From Lophium mytilinum (taxonomy: Eukaryota), in the NCBI GenBank assembly GCA_010093605.1, contig MU004190.1:806001-870000 (forward strand): 64,000 nt of DNA, in the 5' to 3' direction. The notes under the pieces are model-generated. The model saw nothing but the letters and a program-made list of their open reading frames with translations. It searched no databases and was not told the DNA's origin. Below, piece after piece: positions 61,430-64,000 of the stretch. Numbering within the stretch: the stretch's first letter is position 1; each line of letters begins with the position of its first letter. Position numbers and translations under genes: made by a program.

Positions 61430-62262
61430 GGCGAACGGTGATGCTGTAAGATGGTAGTGAGGTGGAGTTCGAGTCGCGATTGAAGTGGGGCCGGACGCGT
61501 TGGGCGAAACGCCCGGTCACGTTACGACGCCTGGACTTATATCTCATCAACGACTTCATGCACTTGTCCTCTCACCTCCATCTACAAAATTCAACTAGCA
61601 AGCTTAGTGAGAATATACCTCGCTATGTATGTAGGATGGCCGTAAAGCTGTTCTACGGCCTTCACGTCTCTCTTCTTATGACTCGGTAGTATCAATATTT
61701 TACTCTACTCGTTCCCCTCACGACCATAGATCGCGATAGGTCACACTGCGACGACAGTTTCAATCCATCTCTCTCAACCTCACTCCCTTAAAACACGCAT
61801 ACTACTTCCTTCAACTCACGTCAGGTCACAGTTACTTTTAAATTTTCTGTGGAGTACATATATACAACATGTGAAGCGCCCCTTTCTCAATTTCCCCAAT
61901 TTCCACATCAGTCTCAGCCTTGCAGATCTCTTCGCACTATCCCAAAATCAACAAACCATGAGTGCGAATTGTTCCTTGCAAGCCCTCAACGGGCCAATCA
62001 TTACTTGCAGAGGATACAACCTTGCGCATTTTGTGCGTACTCTGCATTGAAGGCTTGAAGCTAAGGCATGAGAGCCTTGATAAAGGTTGAGCTAGCCCCA
62101 GCTTATAGAGGCTGGAGGGTGCTTGTTTGGCCGAAGCTCTAATAGCAGTCTTCGGGCTTCTCTTTTTCGTGCTTCTCGCATCCTTCCTTATCATTCGGAG
62201 TCGCGAACGGAGACCCTTCTGCAGAACGTGATTGTTTGGATTGCAACGCGCACTCTGAAGCT

Positions 62263-63286
62263 ATGGAAAAAAGGTGTTTCCTGTGGATATGCTTGGGACT
62301 GGGATGGACTGTAGGAGTTGGAGCGCAAGCTATGGCTGCGTGCGCGGTGAGTCCGTCTCGATTGCATACTTCATTGCACATCACTGAGCTGGAAGCTGAT
62401 CAATTCGCGCCTACAGCAAGGCTGCGTAGGCATATCGACGGCTAGCTGCAAACCGACAGATTACACCTGCATGTGTAATAGTGCCGATTACATCTCCAAG
62501 CTCACTGGATGTATCTACGAGGAATGCGATGAGACAGAATCAGCAGCGGCGAAGGAGTTCTTAGAGGAGCTGTGCAGTGGTACCTATAGCCCCAGTCCCG
62601 AAATCTCTCACCAGCGTATACTGATGGCATATCCAGGCGCTGGATCCCCAATCACCATATCCTCCAAAGGCGCCACCGCCAATTCCGACGACACCTCTGA
62701 CAACGAAGCCTTGGAGAACGATTGGAAAGGCATGGAAGACCACCCGCTCGAGCTGCGGCAGGAAACCGAGCTAGGCACCTTCTTCGAAACCGGTCAAACG
62801 GAAACTGGATTCCCGACCGAGACTGGCATTACTACCTTACCGACGATCACTGACACCTTCACTACAGCCTTCACCGGAACGGGCACTATCACAGGCACCG
62901 CCAGGACAGGCTCTCCAACGACCGGCAGCCGCACAATTGGTAGCCCAACAACTTCCACATCCACGCCCACCCCGAACAACCGCGGCGGCGGCGGACTCAG
63001 CACCGGCGCAAAAGTCGGCATTGGATTGGGCGTCCCGCTCGGCGCCATCATAATAGCAGGTTTAGTAGGTCTTGGGTGGTTCCTGAGGCGACGAAGCAAG
63101 AACAAAGCTGCTGCTGTAGCTAACTCGCAGCCGGAGATGGTGGGCCCGGCTAAGCTGGGTGGAGCAAGCCAGTCTGTTGGCGCAGAGCTGCCGACGAAGG
63201 GGAACACGCATGAGATGCCGGCTGGAGCGTGGATGGGACAGCCTCAAGGTCAGTTCGCGCCTGCGGAGTTGGGCGAGAATAGGTAA
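62263..63286 (+). CDS. CFEM-domain type I membrane protein (signal peptide, CFEM, Thr-rich stalk, TM helix)
   Basis: Spliced ACAQGC..SCKPTDYTCMC..CIYEEC..LC gives the 8-Cys CFEM pattern; GLSTGAKVGIGLGVPLG TM followed by RRRSK. Confidence 0.8.
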
Positions 63287-63751
63287 GGGTATGTGTAGAG
63301 GTCCCGTGTATGTGGGTGTGGAGGGCGATTGCGCGTTTCGAAGGGCAGGTAATCGTAGAGCGTTTTGCATATACCTAGAAAGCCACTAAATGAATGTAAG
63401 AGCGTACTGACTTTACCAAGGAACAAATTTGCTCTGCTCTTGAACCATCATACTCTCTAGATAGTCTGGCACTGGAGAAGGCAACCAGCCAGATCTATCA
63501 GAGAACCGCGCTTTCAACATCAGATTACGCGATTTTTTTTCGTGTATCTGGCAGTTAGTATCACTGCCGAGAGTGAGGCCGAGATGAAGGAACAGACAAA
63601 GCTAGCTTTCACTTCTGAGGACCTGATGTTGAATCAAAGGAGACGGATATCTATCTTTCTGAGCTATACACTCTAAACTATTAGCCTCATCCCAAGTAGA
63701 GCTGGCCGAACTCACCGAGATCTTGATCCTAGCCAAAGCAAGCCTCCCCAA

Positions 63752-64000
63752 TCAATCAAAATACCCCGGGAAAAGCCAGTTCAGCTTCTCAACCGCCTCC
63801 TTCTTCCTCCCATCCTTATGCGTAATCCCGCCTGCCCACTTCATCTGCCCTTCCAAATGCCTCGCCTTCACCTGCTCCCCATGCTCCTCCTTACTCAACT
63901 CATCCAACACAGCCCCCACAAACCTCCTCGCGTTCTCCGAATTCGCCTTCATATGCCCCATCACCATCTCCACATTCACATCCTCGCTATCATGCCAGCA
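63752..64000 (-). CDS. MEU1: 3' end of S-methyl-5'-thioadenosine phosphorylase (partial, runs off window)
   Basis: CWHDSEDVNVEMVMGHMKANSENARRFVGAVLDEL..WLFPGYF matches the fungal MTAP C-terminus. Confidence 0.75.
   Translation of the reverse strand, partial: CWHDSEDVNVEMVMGHMKANSENARRFVGAVLDELSKEEHGEQVKARHLEGQMKWAGGITHKDGRKKEAVEKLNWLFPGYFD

Overview
This is a 64-kb window of a filamentous ascomycete (Pezizomycotina) nuclear genome, with spliceosomal introns and RIP-mutated AT-rich repeats. It holds about 20 protein-coding genes. The left part has a RIP remnant, a flavoprotein/ankyrin fusion, a 14-exon SAM methyltransferase, a 1215-aa modular laccase-like multicopper oxidase (chitin-binding and PAN-like modules), a 4.27-kb RIP-destroyed Mutator-like transposon with 68-bp TIRs and a 9-bp TSD, and a nucleotide-sugar transporter. 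The middle has a divergent DOA4/VPS27 pair, a roughly 315-nt structured C/D-box-flanked putative ncRNA with an internal Pol III B box, and several orphan ORFs. From 40 to 56 kb lies a cluster with no backbone enzyme: bZIP-DUF3425 TF, ALDH3, Zn2Cys6 TF, SDR, aryl-alcohol/geraniol-type ADH, AtuA/DUF1446 and a PaxM-like epoxidase fused to a membrane domain. It looks like a candidate fungal acyclic-terpene catabolic or detoxification system. The right end has an amidase, a RecQ helicase, a CFEM membrane protein and the 3' end of MTAP. All family calls come from motif recognition by eye; no database searches were run.
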